64,000 bases of DNA from Daphnia carinata (lineage: Eukaryota), in contig NC_081333.1 in NCBI RefSeq assembly GCF_022539665.2, positions 7,068,001-7,132,000 of the forward strand, written 5' to 3'. A program made the position numbers and the translations under genes. This document shows positions 35,601 through 50,814 of this stretch, piece after piece. Below the pieces are notes generated by a model. That model worked only from the letters and a program-made list of their open reading frames with translations. It ran no database searches and was not told where the DNA came from. Positions within the stretch are counted from its first letter, which is position 1, and each line of letters starts with the position of its first letter.

Positions 35601-38600
35601 TCGCCAGCCAATGTTTGTTTCCGCTTTTTTTCACACGCAAATCGTTTCCATCTGAACAGCGACGGTCCGTCCGAATAGAATGCGGAACTGATTTGAGACG
35701 TCGGGATACGTGCGCACAAATGCTGAAGTGGGAAATGTCGATAGAGTCAAGTTTGATTGATTCCGCGACGTTAATCAAAACATCCGCTTCGGTAACCGAT
35801 CCAACGGGCAAGTCGATCTCGGTTTCAGGCATCAGGGCAACGAGAGTACACGAAGAACGAGGCAGAGATCAAGGGCCAAGTGGTAAATAAGATCCTGTTG
35901 GTTCTCTCACGTTTTTGTGTATATTTTTTTGCTTTTTGATTGTGCCTTGGCAATGCCCAAAAATATATGACGCATGGATGAAAAAAAAAACGATACCAGT
36001 GGGGATGAAAAGGAACGTGAGCAGAGAGCAAGAGAAAAGCGGATCAACGAAACGAAGTCGAGCACTCGACGAAGGACGACGACTGACTGAATCGGCAAAG
36101 CGAACACGGCGCACTGGCCACACGGGGAATTCGACGTCAGCGATGGCGACGCCCGAAAAGTGTCGGGAAACGAGAGATGAAGGGAATAAAAAGGAAAAAA
36201 GAAAAAGAAGAAGGGGGAGAGAAGAAGGATAGAAGAGGGAAAGAAATGAGAGGTTGCGGTGTGTAAATATACAGCTGCGAAGGATTCAAAGAGCCCATCT
36301 AGGCCTGCAACTGGTTGGTTTGGACTTCCCTCTATCCTGATTCACTTTTGACTCTTTGGTAACCGACGGAGTTTTATTTATATCCACATAGACGGTAGAC
36401 ATATGGACGAAATAACCCATACCCTCGGTGCCAGCGCGTTCACACTCGACAGTGTGAAAATTTTCCCTTTTTGTTTTCTCTTCTGATGTTTGTCTTTAGG
36501 GGTTTGTGTATACGGCAAAGACGACAGACGAACATAAAAACGGAGAAATTGGGGAAAAAAAATAAGGATAGCCCGTAGAACGGTAAAGAAAATAGAAAAT
36601 TTGGAAAAAAAAAGTGGAACCGCTCCGAAAGTCAAAGCAAACCGTGTAGTATGCTAATAAGCTTGAAACGGGAGAAAACGAAATAATCGCCTGTAAAGAG
36701 ATTTATTACACTTATACAACCTCTCGCACGTATATATCCTATGCGTGCATACCGTTAAGCAGTATATATATATATATATAAAGACGTAGGTTTGTTTTTT
36801 CTTTCGGCCGTGCGTCTGGCATGCGCGGAAGCGGCCTACAGTGGCACGAAATAGCAATGGCATCCAGTCGGCATACAATCGAGCAGGTCGTGAACAACAA
36901 CATCGGCACCGCAGCGCCCTTTGCAGGTATACCTTAGCACTGAGCGCATGGGTGTTTATCGATCATATCGAGGCAGCGGCGGCGGCAATATCCGTGTCTA
37001 ATATACGAGTTATTACATTGGCAAACGCAAGCCATCGCCTTCCCAGACGGCCGTAGCCTATTGGCAGTGCTGAAGCTTTAAAGCCCAGCACATCTTGTTG
37101 GCAATTTTTCTTGTGAATACGTACAAAAAAAAAACCATTGCACTCGATCGTCTAACAGGTTTGAGGATCGGGAGATTTCTTTGAAACGGAGCAATGGTTG
37201 TGGGAGAATAGAAACGATAGTGACCTCGTTTGGCCAGTAAAAGCACGTCGCCAAGGCACTGCCAGCTCTGGCTATATATGAAAAGCACAGTTTTCGCATA
37301 TCAATGTTAATTCTGAAGCGCCCTTTCTCTACTCACGTTTACGCAATTTTCTACGTTCCACCTACTCTTTCGCCTCAGTTCTCCGCAATAAACCGATGTA
37401 CCATACTGTTAGCGCAAACGATATTGTGATATACAGTACGTACTTAAATAAAAGGTTTTGACGATCTGGTGTCGAGATCACCGTGGCCGACTCGATTTCT
37501 ACCATTAAAAGGATTGATCCCGCGGTTGACATCAAAATGCCATTGGCGCACTCAGCGATTGCCATTCCAACTATTCATATGAGCTTTTATTTATATGCTT
37601 TTTTTTCTTTTGTTGAGGGTATAGCACAGGAGAAGGGAAAAAGAACGTGGGCGGAAACCGACAGTGATATGGCGGACACGAATGTTTATGTCTTTGCCGT
37701 TCTAGGCCTTTAGTCCTACACATAAATATCTACTACACCGGTAGTGTTCTCGGTCACAAGTACAAGGACTGGCCAAGAAGTTCCCTTTTTTTCCTGTGAA
37801 AGTTTCATAAAGAGGTAAACATACGAGCAAATCCATACGGGAAGAGAAGAATGAACGGAAGACAGTGTTTGCTTTCGACCTTTTGCGGCCCGCCAGTCAT
37901 GTCTATATGCTCTATAGATGAAAATATATTTGCAGAAGATGAAAAGAACATTGCCTTAAAAAAGAAGTCAATGGGACCGAGACGAATGGGCAGAAAGAAA
38001 GGAAAGAAGTACCGGATTATGTGAATGATGTAGATGTTTTATAGCTAATGCCGATCAGGCGTTGTATGAATGAATTCTCAGAACGAATCGATAATAACTG
38101 ACATCGTCTGAAGAAGGAAGAAAGAAGACGGGCGGAACAAGACGGCTCATCACAAATTTAGTTGTACCACACATAAATCGCAAGCAAGCTGTTAAAAAAA
38201 AAGGTATCGGGGGCGTGACTTGATTGAATCTTTTTCGTGTCATGGTCAACCCATGCAAACTTGATTTGATTTACTTGCTAGGATTCCTGTTCGAACTTCC
38301 AAGCCGCTGAGCCTTTAGCTACCAATCGATATGAAGCTTATCTCTTATAATAAGGCTACACGGTACGCACGCATCAGACGGCAATATTCCCGCAAAGTAC
38401 CATACAAAGTCGGGTTGCAAAAGGTTTCGCAATGGCACGCATTGAATAGATCAATCCCGTACGCCAGGAAAAACATGTAAAATGGTAGACAGAATTTTAG
38501 CTTTTAGAGCGGAAGTTGCGTCAGCAAGAATAACGCTAGCGTCGCTGCGTATATACAATAACAAGTCGCTGTAGAAGGGGAAGAAGAAGGAACAAAACAT

Positions 38601-41600
38601 CCGAGTATACATACAGCCCTAATAACAACAACTCTAAGCAAAAAATAAAATAAAAATCTACTTGAACGCGTCTCTTTCCCAAATCTTTGAACCTCTCCAA
38701 GGACTAGGCGTCCTCTTATTGTATATTCAACAAACATGGCGTCATCCGTACACAAACACAAGAAGCACCTAGATGCAGACAAGACCGTCAGCCGGACTTG
38801 TTATTTCCTGCAAGTGCGCTGTTGCTTCGGGCTGTTACACGTACAAGTCCCTTGAAACGTCTGCTTTCGTTTCTTATTACCTTTCCACTTGCTGTTTTCA
38901 GTAAACTACAGTGAGTTGCTTTAAGTTGCACAGAACAGAGGCGAGCAACGTTTTACATGCATAGTAAAATTGGTCGACAGGGCTGTTTAAGGAAAACAAC
39001 ACATTTTCATAAAGGGCTCCCCCGTTCGTCCTGGAAAATCAACAACAAGTAGGTAGACGCTGCGTGGGTGCTGCCACTAACCCACTTTACTTTACGCTTA
39101 AATAAGTAAACAGACGTTATCGTCTTCTGCTCGAATTCAACTCGAGTTTTTTAACGGATATATTCTACGTCTTTACAGTCACGTCAGATAGCGCGAACAA
39201 CTCTGACTCACGAGATTCCCGTCTGGAATGGCTTGCCATGTTGTATGGAAATGAAGTAGAAAAACATTCAAACGATCTCGATTGAAACGTTGGATACCCC
39301 GCTCCCTCCCGGGGGGGGAGGAATTGAGGAAATAACGGGGGGGGGGGCGTTATTTTCTCAATCAATGCAGGCTGATGCGTAGGCCGTATCCCAAGCCATT
39401 AATGAATTTCATTATCTTAATTGCGTTGGTATGCTGTCGCCACGAAGGCACAAACGTGGCGAATGAAGGGGGGGCAAAGACGATTCAATTTCCAAAGAAA
39501 AAAAAAGAAAAAATGAACACAAATTACAGGGTCCTGACATCAATTTCCCCCCCCCCCCCCTCCTACTCTTCGGTATTTTTGATTTCAGAGTCATTTTATC
39601 GGAGACCCAGGCGTGGCAATCAGTTGGAGCTGATTAGAAAAAAAGGCAAAATCACCATGTTTTGCATGGTACATGAGCTTTCAACGCGCGGCGCGGGGTC
39701 GTCTTCTCAATTTAAACTATCAGAAGTTGATTGCTTTTGGCAACTAGGGTGAAATAAAAGTCGTCACGAAGAGCGCGATTGTCTGGCTCTTGATTGTTGA
39801 CTAAGAAAAAGCATGAGGACGTAGCTAGAGGATTGGCCATCGACAAGAGAAGCAGCTATACTCACATCTACTACAGCAGTATCTTTCGATGACCTGCTGT
39901 ACGTTTGCGGATAACATTCAACACCAAACCCTCGCTCTGTTTCATGCACGTCGGTCATGTGCTACCACACGCGTGTAATCCCATGGGCGGCCGCGAGCTT
40001 CTGAGAAAACAAATGAAAAAGAAAAAGGGAACCGAAAACGAGGCCAGGAAAAATAGAGAGATCGAAAAGAAATCCGAGCGAGAGAAAAGAAGGAAGAGTT
40101 GGAAATCCAACTTCTTGTTTTTTTTTTTATTTCTTGCTATATCGTCAAGCGAGTGAAGACCTGGTTTTGACAGTGCCTGTCATCTTTGCTTGGCGCTCCT
40201 TCGCTCAAAACTAACGAGTTCATTCCGCTTTTATAGCCACGCATGGAAGGGAAAAAAAAAATTATTCACGACATCGACAACGCAGCGAAAAATGAAATCC
40301 TTTTCTTTTTCATGCAAGGACTGTGCACGCAGCGAAGGTGGATCAATCTGACATTTCTTCGAATAAAATTGACATGGAGAGACGGCTGATGCATGACGTG
40401 GAATTACTGCAAACCGAGGGCATCTTTTTATCGAACAATAACAGGAGAACCAACTTATGGGAATACCTGCAAAGGACAGAGTCCAAGCTTATGTAACCCC
40501 CCGCAAAACTTCAAGCCAATCGATAAAGGAATCAACACTATGATATCATATGCTATCACAAGATGATGGCTCTATATCTTCCCACTGGTCTCGACCTCAA
40601 TCGTATTATTATCCCCTCTACAGAAAGCAAGTAATGGCCACAGTGTACATCGCTTGTCGCTCTGGGTCCTTTATACTGGCCGGCATGATCCTCTACGTGA
40701 ACAGCTGGGTACTGGGCACATCCTCTTTTATGGATTACATACGATAAGAAGAAATAAGACTGCTTTCCGATTTATCGGATCTTCATCCAGAAATAGCACA
40801 AGATGTTGAACGATATCGTAATAAACCGACGCCACTGTGGTCGACATCGAGGATCCTTATAACATCCATGAGATAAACCACCAACGCAGGATAAAATAGA
40901 GCAAAATAAACAAAAGGATGAAAGAAAATGCCGACGAAAAGAAAAAACAAGGTCCCCTGTTGCGATTCATGAGGATTCTTGATCTTTGACTATAGCAAGA
41001 GGCATTCAGTTATGTCACATGTCCACAGTGTCCATGTCGTTACGCTAATGCTTCCCAACTAGTAGCGCCTGCGTCCCTCCCACTTGCTCACTTCTAACAC
41101 GGTCTCTGCTCGTGCGCTCGTTGTCTGATGCAGTAAATTCGCTTTTAATGACACCCGGGGTGGCAGACAAGTAGGAGAGAACTCCCTGGGTGAGCTCAAG
41201 AGTGAAATGAAAAAAAAAGAAAAAAAAAAAAAAAAAAAAGATAGGAAGCAAAGCAACCCGTACGTATTGTTGCGTGTTAAGGTCTGCATACAACCAACGC
41301 CTCCCTCCTGAGCTATACTAACAAGATTGGTTTTTTTTCAGTCTTCCTCTTTTTTTCTTGTGTGTTTCTTTTTTGTGAAAAAACAGCTGATCCCGTCTGG
41401 TTTCTAAAAAAAAAAAACTCGCATGAGGACAACTTTTTAGATTATTTTGTTCCGTTTTCTTTGCCATGTCTTGTTGTTGCCATTTCAGAGTAATCCTTCA
41501 TTTTTCATTGCTCTTCCGTTGACTGCCGCCTCTCTTTTTGCTAACGTCAAAGCCCGTCAACATAGTCTCGATTCACAGGCATGCCACTCAAAAGCTTCAT

Positions 41601-44063
41601 CATAAAAAAACAACAAAATCTAATGTTTTGTCGTTGCACGAAATTTGCGAGGTTGAATGGCAAAAAAAATGAACGCAAATGGATCCGTCACTTTGGTTGC
41701 GCTTCGAATCACCGAAAAACAAAAACACGAGAAGACCTGTTGTGTTCGTTAAAGGGTGCGAACTAAGAAGCGCCACGTAAAGGACGTGAAACATATAAAT
41801 AAAAAAAATTAGGGCGATTGGTTCTATGGTAACGGGACTGGAAATATAGGGAGGGTGAAATCCTGCGTGATATGTACACATCCAGATGGGAGCAGATGTT
41901 TGCTTGTATTATGAGTGCCAAGCCTATGCTAACCTTCTCACCTCGGTACAATAGAGGGGACGGCATTAGGACGACTGTGAGACGCGCTCCAACGAAGGCG
42001 GACGTCAAAACACTATTAAGGCACTCTCACAAAATAAATAGAGACATTTTTTTTTTTAAGAAACCAAAGAGTACCGGAAAAAAAACGAAGAGCTTGAGAG
42101 ACAAACTAACGCATCTAAGATGGCATTCTCTCACAAACTTCTCTACATAAAAGTCATTTCCTTTTTCTTTTTTTTCTTCGACGACAGCGCCGCCTTAAAA
42201 AAAAAAAGGAATTCATCGTAAAGAAGGGTAATTGAATAACATCGGCAGCTGTTTAGACTGCGATGCGATGCCATTAACAACACGGTTGAGGCCCGAGATG
42301 CGTACCGAGTTGTACAGAGAATTGCTCGGGAATCTTGTTTTTCTGGTGTGCTGGTCTCGCCCATTTATCACGCGTCTTTTTATTTCCCCCGCCCACGACA
42401 AAGAATTGACTGCCGTTAATCTATAACAACCTCATTTTTTTTTCTTTCGTGTTATACATGTATAAAAAAAAAAGGAGGATGCGGGAACTTGGGAAGGATA
42501 CAGAAAGAATGTAGGAGGAGTCTCTTGAAGGGCATAGTATTACATCCCGCGTCAGTTCCGGCAAAGTCGGGGCTTCTGCCGGAACTCACGCCAATAAGCA
42601 AGAGCCACCTAGTGTTTGATGGTTCCACCGGAAGCTAAAAACCGCCCTGGCCAAATGCAAGCCACAGGCAAAGAACGGACGTGCGGAAATCATTATGACA
42701 TTATATGGTCACACGGTTTCCGGTGAATGAGAGAGACACTGGATACTTGTCCCTAATTTACCGCATACGCGCGTGACCCCCTTCGCTCTTGTTAACGAGT
42801 ACAGGAGGGTCTCTTAACTAATGAGTCAGCGTCCCACTTGTACGAGCCTCTGCCGAGAATTTGGAAGCAGGTTCCCTCTCCCCTCCCCCCAATAGCCCAG
42901 TTATGAGTTGTGTATAACGAGACGGACTGCAATTGCATGACGTGGCCTTTCTTCATCGGCACGTCACTCCGACACGACGAGCAGATCGATTGAAGCTTCC
43001 GCAAGAAGAGAGCCGGAGGAAAAATGCCCAATAATGCGTTTGATGTATGAGACATGTAAAAAAAAAAAAGCAATAAGGAACGATTCCCCCACCCCCACAT
43101 CACGGTATACTTGTTATTCGCTGGGTTGCTATAGAGTCTAGCGTTTCAGATCTTAACTAATACCACACGGTCGAAATCGATGTAGTCCATCGATCTTTCC
43201 AGTTGCGGGAACAAACAGCAACATACATTTCCGAGAAGTCTAGTTCAAACAAAATAGAGGGATGATACATACGAGGGATATACGAAGCGACATCGACGTG
43301 AAAACGAAATAAATTCACAAAGGAAGTAGATTCAATCGTGCACGGTCAGCTTGTCCACCTTTATGTTAAAAAGCAGCTTTTTCCCTTAGATATTGTTTCA
43401 AAATTCAGTCTCTTCTCTTGATGTCGTTTGCAAGTCGTTGTTTACTTATAGCGTAGCACGTCATTCGTTAACAAACGCACCAACATACGAATCGACTCGG
43501 CTCCAACGCATATTGCAGATCTGTGTCACGGCCGAAGAGATGAAACGAACCGTTCATCCATCTACTGTTATGTATAAAAAGAAAAGCCGACAAAAGACAG
43601 CGGGGGGATTTCTATAGTCTATTAGGTCGGATTATGGTATAGGAACAATAAGAATAGAGTCGACGGAGGCTTGTTTTGTAGCCCACAAACGGAAAGAACG
43701 GAATAAAGAGGGCATTTGACAGGCCTACAGGAAAGACATTTCTCGTGTCTATTGCGCGCTATTGTTGCGGACCAATTCCGTTCTGACGGATCACCGCCTC
43801 TATATATTCTAATTCGCATTTAGTTTATTTCTTTCCCGCAGATCCATCAGTCACCGTAACAACCACCAGCAGACATTCGCCCCATCGTTCTTCTCTTTTC
43901 ACCATCTTCTTACTATATCCTTTGCCAATTCTTCCGTTTTGGCTTTATGTTTTGTGTGACTTCCAGATTGCTGCGTGCGTCAGCAAGTCAGATAAGAATA
44001 GGGTTAAAAGGAGGAAGAAAAAACCACAATGCAAACTTTTGGGATGTGTTTAGATACAGTATA

Positions 44064-44111
<48 letters not shown>

Positions 44112-47100
44112 TAACACATTTTGGCGCATAGCTTCCTGCCCCACTAACACTACTGTCACGCTAAGGGTACGTCAGGCTCCCTCTGAGGGTGGATTCGTTT
44201 ATCCTCGTCTTCCAGTGCCACACGGGATATGACGTGCTCGTCAACGTACAATGCGCTACCCAAAAAGATCCAGATGTTGTGTCAAACGAAGCTTCCGCGA
44301 CAGAATGATGATGAGCATTCTGACGCAAAGCTAGGAATCGTAAAAAAATAAATAAGAGAAGATCTAACACACGTAAACGTATGTAGCATTTTGTCTCTAA
44401 TTCTTTTTTTCCCCCTACTTTTCTCACCCAAAAACCCTTTGCAATGTTATCTGCCATTTGGATTTTTATTTCTAGGCAGCCATAAACGAGTACGACATCT
44501 GTCATCCATACCGATCACGGTTGCTACCAATTGGGCCGTTGTTCCATCTTCTACGCCAGCCGCGTTCATTGAAGACTCGCATTCTACCAATTTCTCAATT
44601 TTTACTACACTGTTTTAAAAACGCGCTAAATTAAAGAGTCCTTGAGCTACGAATTCCGAAAGACCGTATGGTAAAATGTTCATTTGGTTAGGGGGGACCT
44701 CTCATACACTCGTTAATAATGTCACCAGATGGAAGTTGTGGAGGAGTCGTTCCAGCTACGCAAAAAGCACGCGAAAACAAAACAAACAAAATCCGAATCT
44801 GTTATGCAAAAATAAATATGCCCCTGCCCCTCAAAAAAAAAAAAGAAGAAATGTTAATAATAATAAACAGAACCCTTTATAGCGCTCGTTGAGAGAGTGC
44901 AAAGCCGCGAGTTGACGACCGTAAATGACACATGATTCACGAGGCATAAGGGGAAAGAGAACCCAATTCGAAACGAAGAAGATATTTATAGACACGCGGC
45001 GGAGTATAGGCAGACGTCCGAAATGATGAAATAAATTGTCAAAAAAAGTTGTACCGCAACGTAGAGTGCGATGATGGAATACAAGTTTCCTTTGCTGACA
45101 CGCAAACACGGTTGCAAATAGCATATAAAAACAAACACAAATGTACACACAAAAAGCGCACCGATGCGTGACAGTCGTAGGTAATCAACTTTCTAACCGA
45201 AATAAATAAATAAATAAAGAACGAAAGAAACGTCAAAGCTTTCCCCGCTCTTGTCATCATCATCGATTTCTTCATCGTCGTCGCTCGTCGGTGAAATTCA
45301 ATTTGTGAATACCGAAAATAGCAAGATTTGAATGGTGGGCGCATAGAGACATATGGTTGAAGCGTCAGGGAGGCTTTTCATACCATCAGAACGGGAAAAA
45401 TATGAACGGAAACGGGCGAAAGAAATTCGCAACAAAGGGATTTTCATCTGGTGAATGACTGCCGCTATGGTTTGAAATCGCAGAAGAAAGTCATCCGAAT
45501 TCTGCCGATGGCATTGCCACTTTTTCTTTCTCACCCATTTCACATTCCGAGCTGTTTTCTTCTTTTCTTTTTCTACTTCAAAACCGAATCCGATTTTTCT
45601 TTGATCATTCATTTGTTATAATCAATCAAAAAAAAAAAAGTTATGGTTTTGCTTGCTGTCATTTTTGTTTTTTTAATCCAATTCTCACGCAATCAGCGAT
45701 TTTTGCATGCATTTTCTTCGCTGTTTTCTCTTTGATTTCTCTTCTTTGGCTTATGGTAGATGTACGCAGCAGTCGGCTTGGTTCAAAGAAAAACAAAATA
45801 AAGGATTTAGAAGCCACGAGATAAACAAAATAAGTGGTAACGTTAGGATGTTTGGATGTACAGAATTACTAAAGCGCGGCTCTTTTCTTTTGTGCCCGTT
45901 TCTTTGTCGGCAAAGGTTTTCGTTTTCCTCTTCACATTTCACGACGTCACAGATCGATGGTCAGTAACTGATCCCGAAAGCCTTACAAGTCTAAATACGA
46001 CGCTTGACGCCGGATTCTTGCCATTTTGTAATTCGATTGATCTCGAATGTCAAGACCTGAATTTTCAGTGATGCAATCAAGCCATGGTGAGACGCGCGAC
46101 CATTAGAAATCAATCGGGCACGAGCGAAAAGAGGCCGACAGAATGGAATGACCAACATCATTAGCATAGTTAACCTCAACGTTTCTCATTCACAGATCCC
46201 GCTGAAATACACGAACGTAATGGTCCCTTTATTTTTCATTATCAAAGCGACTCTTTTGCGCTTCCCTTTCATTTCCCTCTTGCGCTCTGACACTCAGCGA
46301 GGGAACGAGTGAGTTGCAACTGAAGCGTTAACCGAATGGATATGGACATGTTTTACGTTACCTGGTTCGAAGAGATTGAGCGATTTTAGAGCGTTTCCTG
46401 CGCTGCCACGACCACAATAGGGTCGACTGCTTGTTGCCCATCTCTCGGGACCCTGAGAGAGGGAAAAACGAGTACCACTCTTTCCACCGTGTTTTTTCTT
46501 CTTCTTTCTTTTTCTCCTTTTTATTTTTTTGCCCGTTCACGCAAGTTGTGTGTGTGTGTATGTTTTTTTTCTACGGTAGGACGAAGTTGTCTGGTCTAAA
46601 TCTGGTCCAGATAAGCAACGACGTACCTTCAGCGTCACACTAAGACGACGTTAGCGAAGGCGGGCTGCGGAGTTAGGGCCGATAACACAAGTAAAAGCTC
46701 CATCAACTCGTAACGAGAGAAAAAGAAAGAGACTAAATGTAGACATCCACAGGGATCGGAGGCGTTCGGATCGTGTAGGACCGTCGCAGTAAGACGCCCC
46801 CCTTTTTTTCTTTCGCCTCCTTCTGATTGCCTTGTATGTGCGTGTTTATTCACTCGCTTCCGTTGCCACCTCCGTGATTGCCAGCACGTGGAAATCGGGA
46901 AGCGCAAGACCGTTGAACTGATGCGACCCCATCGAACCACCGGACAGTAAAAAAACCAGGCGACATTATCCGTCTTTGCTTCCTTCTTTTTCTTCGATGG
47001 CTACTCGATGGGTTTCCCAATTGTCAATTCACTTTTAACGAGCGGCTCAAACTCACGAATTTTCACAGCCAACCGTCACATCCAAACGTCCATCTTGAAT

Positions 47101-50100
47101 ACCGTAGTCGTGCATTCGCTCAGTTCGAACTGAACCAATCACCCAACTAGACGAGACTGCTGCTGTTCCATATCCATCGCTAGCGTGACTATTGTTGATG
47201 ACGTCGATTGAAAGAAAAAAAAAGTAGCACCACCAGACGAATTGATCTGCCCAACTAGGCCACCGCTAGACGAAAGTACCACTACAGAGAAGGATACGAC
47301 ACGCAATGGATCGCCGAGAAGGCGGTGCCATTTGAAATTACACGACGAAGCCAAAAGATACTACACAGCAATGAAAGCAAAAAAAAAAAAAAAAAAAAAA
47401 AAAGAGAAGATAGAATGAAAGAGAGACAGAGGCCTATTACATGCGGACCGTTCGGTCACGGATCGCGATGCCAACTGAGATGATACACATGTGACGTTCC
47501 AAGGAGCAGAGGCAAAAGCGGCAGGAGGATGGCAGACGAGGGAAGACCGAGGAGGAGCTAATACCGTGTACCGCATGTTGTTAGTATAGACTTTTACGTG
47601 TGTGTGCGTGTGTCTTGCTCCAGTTGGCCTTTTGACACGAGCAAGAAGAAACAACATGTTACAAAAATGAGGGAAGACTCGAGACTAATTGTAGGCAATT
47701 GAAGCGAACGAGACGCAAAACAGAAACATCAATGTCATGTTTTAACGTCGAGTATCGAAATTCGGTACAGTTCCGACAATATCACTATAATCATAAACAA
47801 AATCGATGTACATAGATAAACTGGAAATTTTAAAACGAAGTTAAGGAAGATCGAACGCGAAAATATTTAAATTTCAAACCAATGGATGTGGAATGAGACA
47901 TTGAATAAGAAACGTGAAAACAACACTTGAATTGAATAATCACCTGACAATCCCATCTATTATTCCATGTCCATTTGTTTTTTTTTCTTTACTAGCTAGT
48001 ACTACTCTTGATTTCCCCCGCACGTTCAATTTCTCAACTCGACTTACGGCCTGAGACCGTGCGCACTGTCGATGACAGCCGCGCTATCCACCTGGGTAGT
48101 TTATGGTGCGGATATATAGTTACATCGAACAAACATACGACCCCGGAGGACCAAAAATAAATGTATTGTGCGCCACTGTGCTGTCAGAAAACTCTAGTTG
48201 AAAGTCGGAAAGAAATGCACCTCAAACACGCAGACAAGAGAGAGAGAGAGAGAGAGAGAAAACAGTGCGATCCTGGGGGCTATGCGAGGATTGGAGGACG
48301 AAGAGACGACGACCCTTCCGATCGACTAAGTTCGATCATTCCCCAAGTGGATAACCTACTACGTTATCATCCGATTGTATCGCAAAAAAAAAAAACGAAA
48401 TAAAAACAAAGGGAAGGACAGATAGACAGAGAGGAAGATTGCAAGATAGCAATGGCTAATGCACGTCACACATCGCTCTTATATTTCTCGGTTTGTGGAA
48501 CAAAAGAAAGAGGCACACAAAGTCCTTGATGTTGCGGGTCAAAAGAATGTTTTCGGTTTACGTAGTACATGAGATCCTACGCTGACTGAGAATACGGTAC
48601 GCAGTTTATTTATTCTTGTACTCTTCCATCCTTTTTAAAATATTCTGCGCCTGTGTAATTTAACGGGCTTCAGCCGCAAGGCTGCTACTGTTGATAAGTG
48701 TGTAAAAACGTGCTAACGTAGACAATGGGGAGATCGTAAAGCCGGAGATGAAGGGTCAAGTGCCGATACGCGATCTACGCGGAAAGAGATATTTTCGAGG
48801 GTCAAAGACAAGACAAGTTTGAAGATAAGAAGAGAATCCTGAGATGGAAGGACCAAGGTTCTTCAATGTCATAATTGATTGAATTCCGTCGGAGCAGAAG
48901 GGAAGAAGCCTCAAAAAGAAAAAAAGGAAGTTTCGTCTTAAAAAATGGAGATGGCCTGACTTGATCGTCATGCAAAAAAGCTGCTTCAGGTCTATTTACA
49001 AGTCAAGTAAGTCACTGTGGCTCTGGGCACCAATAAAAAAAGAAGATATAGGTCTGATGCTTGAGTTAACTTTTCTTTTTAAAAAAAAAAAAAAGCTCTT
49101 GAACACACTTGGCTAGCGTTTGGATTCCAAAGTCAACAGTTCGATCGGCACGAGAAATAATACGTCGTTCAAGTGTAGCTTGTTATGTAGGACAGGCCCA
49201 AAATTAATGGCCAATCAGCGTGAAGGTTAGTGCGCCTCTAATCGGTTGTTGAGCATGATTCATAATTGAGCTTCTTCTTGTGTGTTGGCCGTAAAAAGTT
49301 GTTAGTTATCTGTCACGGTGGTGATCACGGCGTGCTTTTAACTTCTGTTGGAATGTCCCCGTTAAGAGACCGACCGCGGACAAAGTAGAGTTTCGTTCTC
49401 AAAGACCCCGTCTTTCAAGAGCCATTCATGAGAATGAAACTTGATGAACTCGGCGGGACTTCATCTCTGTGAATGTGTGTAACTTTGGGAAAAGAAACTT
49501 GAACTCCTTGTTCTATATTCTTCTTTCTTGCTTTCGTTACGTACCGCATTTGATTTTTCACTATAGTTTGAAACGCAAGTTACTATGTGTGTTCCGTTCA
49601 ATTGAAATTAGGAGCTCCGAACATTGGATAGACCTTCACCAAAGAAGATCAAGCCTGGTTTTTGATGTCATTCAAACTCGCAGCGAGTTCCTGCTGCACA
49701 TGACGTTTTAAAAAGGATCCATGTCGATTCAAAGTCAGACTTGCACGAGACGGGTCAATTTCGAATGCTGGTATCCCGGAGGTGACGCGCTACGCCATCA
49801 TCTCTTTTTCATGACCGAGTTTCCGTGGCCACCCCTTTTGTGCATTAATTATTCAGACTGAAGGGTACAGCTTGACGTGACGTATCTTTGGCCTGCACGA
49901 TGACGTGAAGAAAAGAAAAAAGTACTGACACAAACCCAAAAGGAAAGAACCCAAGAGAAAAAAGAAAAAGGGTAAAATTGGAAAAGAATCCAACAGCCTA
50001 AAGGGAGAAGCCGTGGGATTAGGAAACCAACTTAAAGACGCAACGTGATCCATCTTGTTTTGTGGATCGGGAGGATTTCCTTCTGGGAATGATTTGGAAA

Positions 50101-50783
50101 CAGCCCCCGTGTTTAGACGCCAAGATGATTGACTGCCGGCTCTTCGACGATGCCACCGCCCGCGTGATGAACACTTGAACAGCCGGCCGGCCACGCAACC
50201 CAAAACATCTCCATTCTATATTATTGCCTTCTATTTTGATTACTCTTTTTCTTTTTCGGGTTCTAATCTAAGCTTTAGTTTTACACACAAACATAAAAAA
50301 GGAGGGAAAAAGGAAGAATGCTGTTTGAGGTTTCAAAAGAAAAGTCAATAGATCTTCAACGACGCGTTGATTTACGGCATGAGCGGTACGTGTCCAAGAC
50401 GTCGTCCTTTCTAAAATTCGAATTTCTAGTTGCCATGAATGATATAAAACTGAACTTCATCACACTTGAATCGTTGTTGGCAGTGTTCCTGGCAAGACGT
50501 TTTAGTGTGGAGTGGATCATTTGATCTCGGGCTATGAATTCGGACACTTTAGTATTGTATCCTAAAAGGAAAGCTGGTATGCGTCAAGCAAAGAACCTGT
50601 CCTTGATATATCCATTTTATACGGTTTTTAAATATCTTTTTTTGTTTTTTTATGGGCAGTACTTTTATCGATATCTTCCTCGACGTAGTGCGCCACTAGT
50701 ACGAAAGAGGGCTCGAGCTGTCGAGTAGAGCTATAGAATTTCTCCTTTGAAAATAAAAAGCCATAAGAGGTCGCCCACACCGA

Positions 50784-50814
<31 letters not shown>

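Noticed and set aside
35590..35832. Coding-looking 80-aa [15 protein letters not shown]... in the large intron
   Set aside because: No convincing phase-2 donor to join exon 31988 and no recognisable homology; may be UTR or a uORF.
47143..47177. Short [12 protein letters not shown] segment with phase-2 GG|gtgatt
   Set aside because: Weak donor and too short to support; more likely 5' UTR of the myristoylated isoform.
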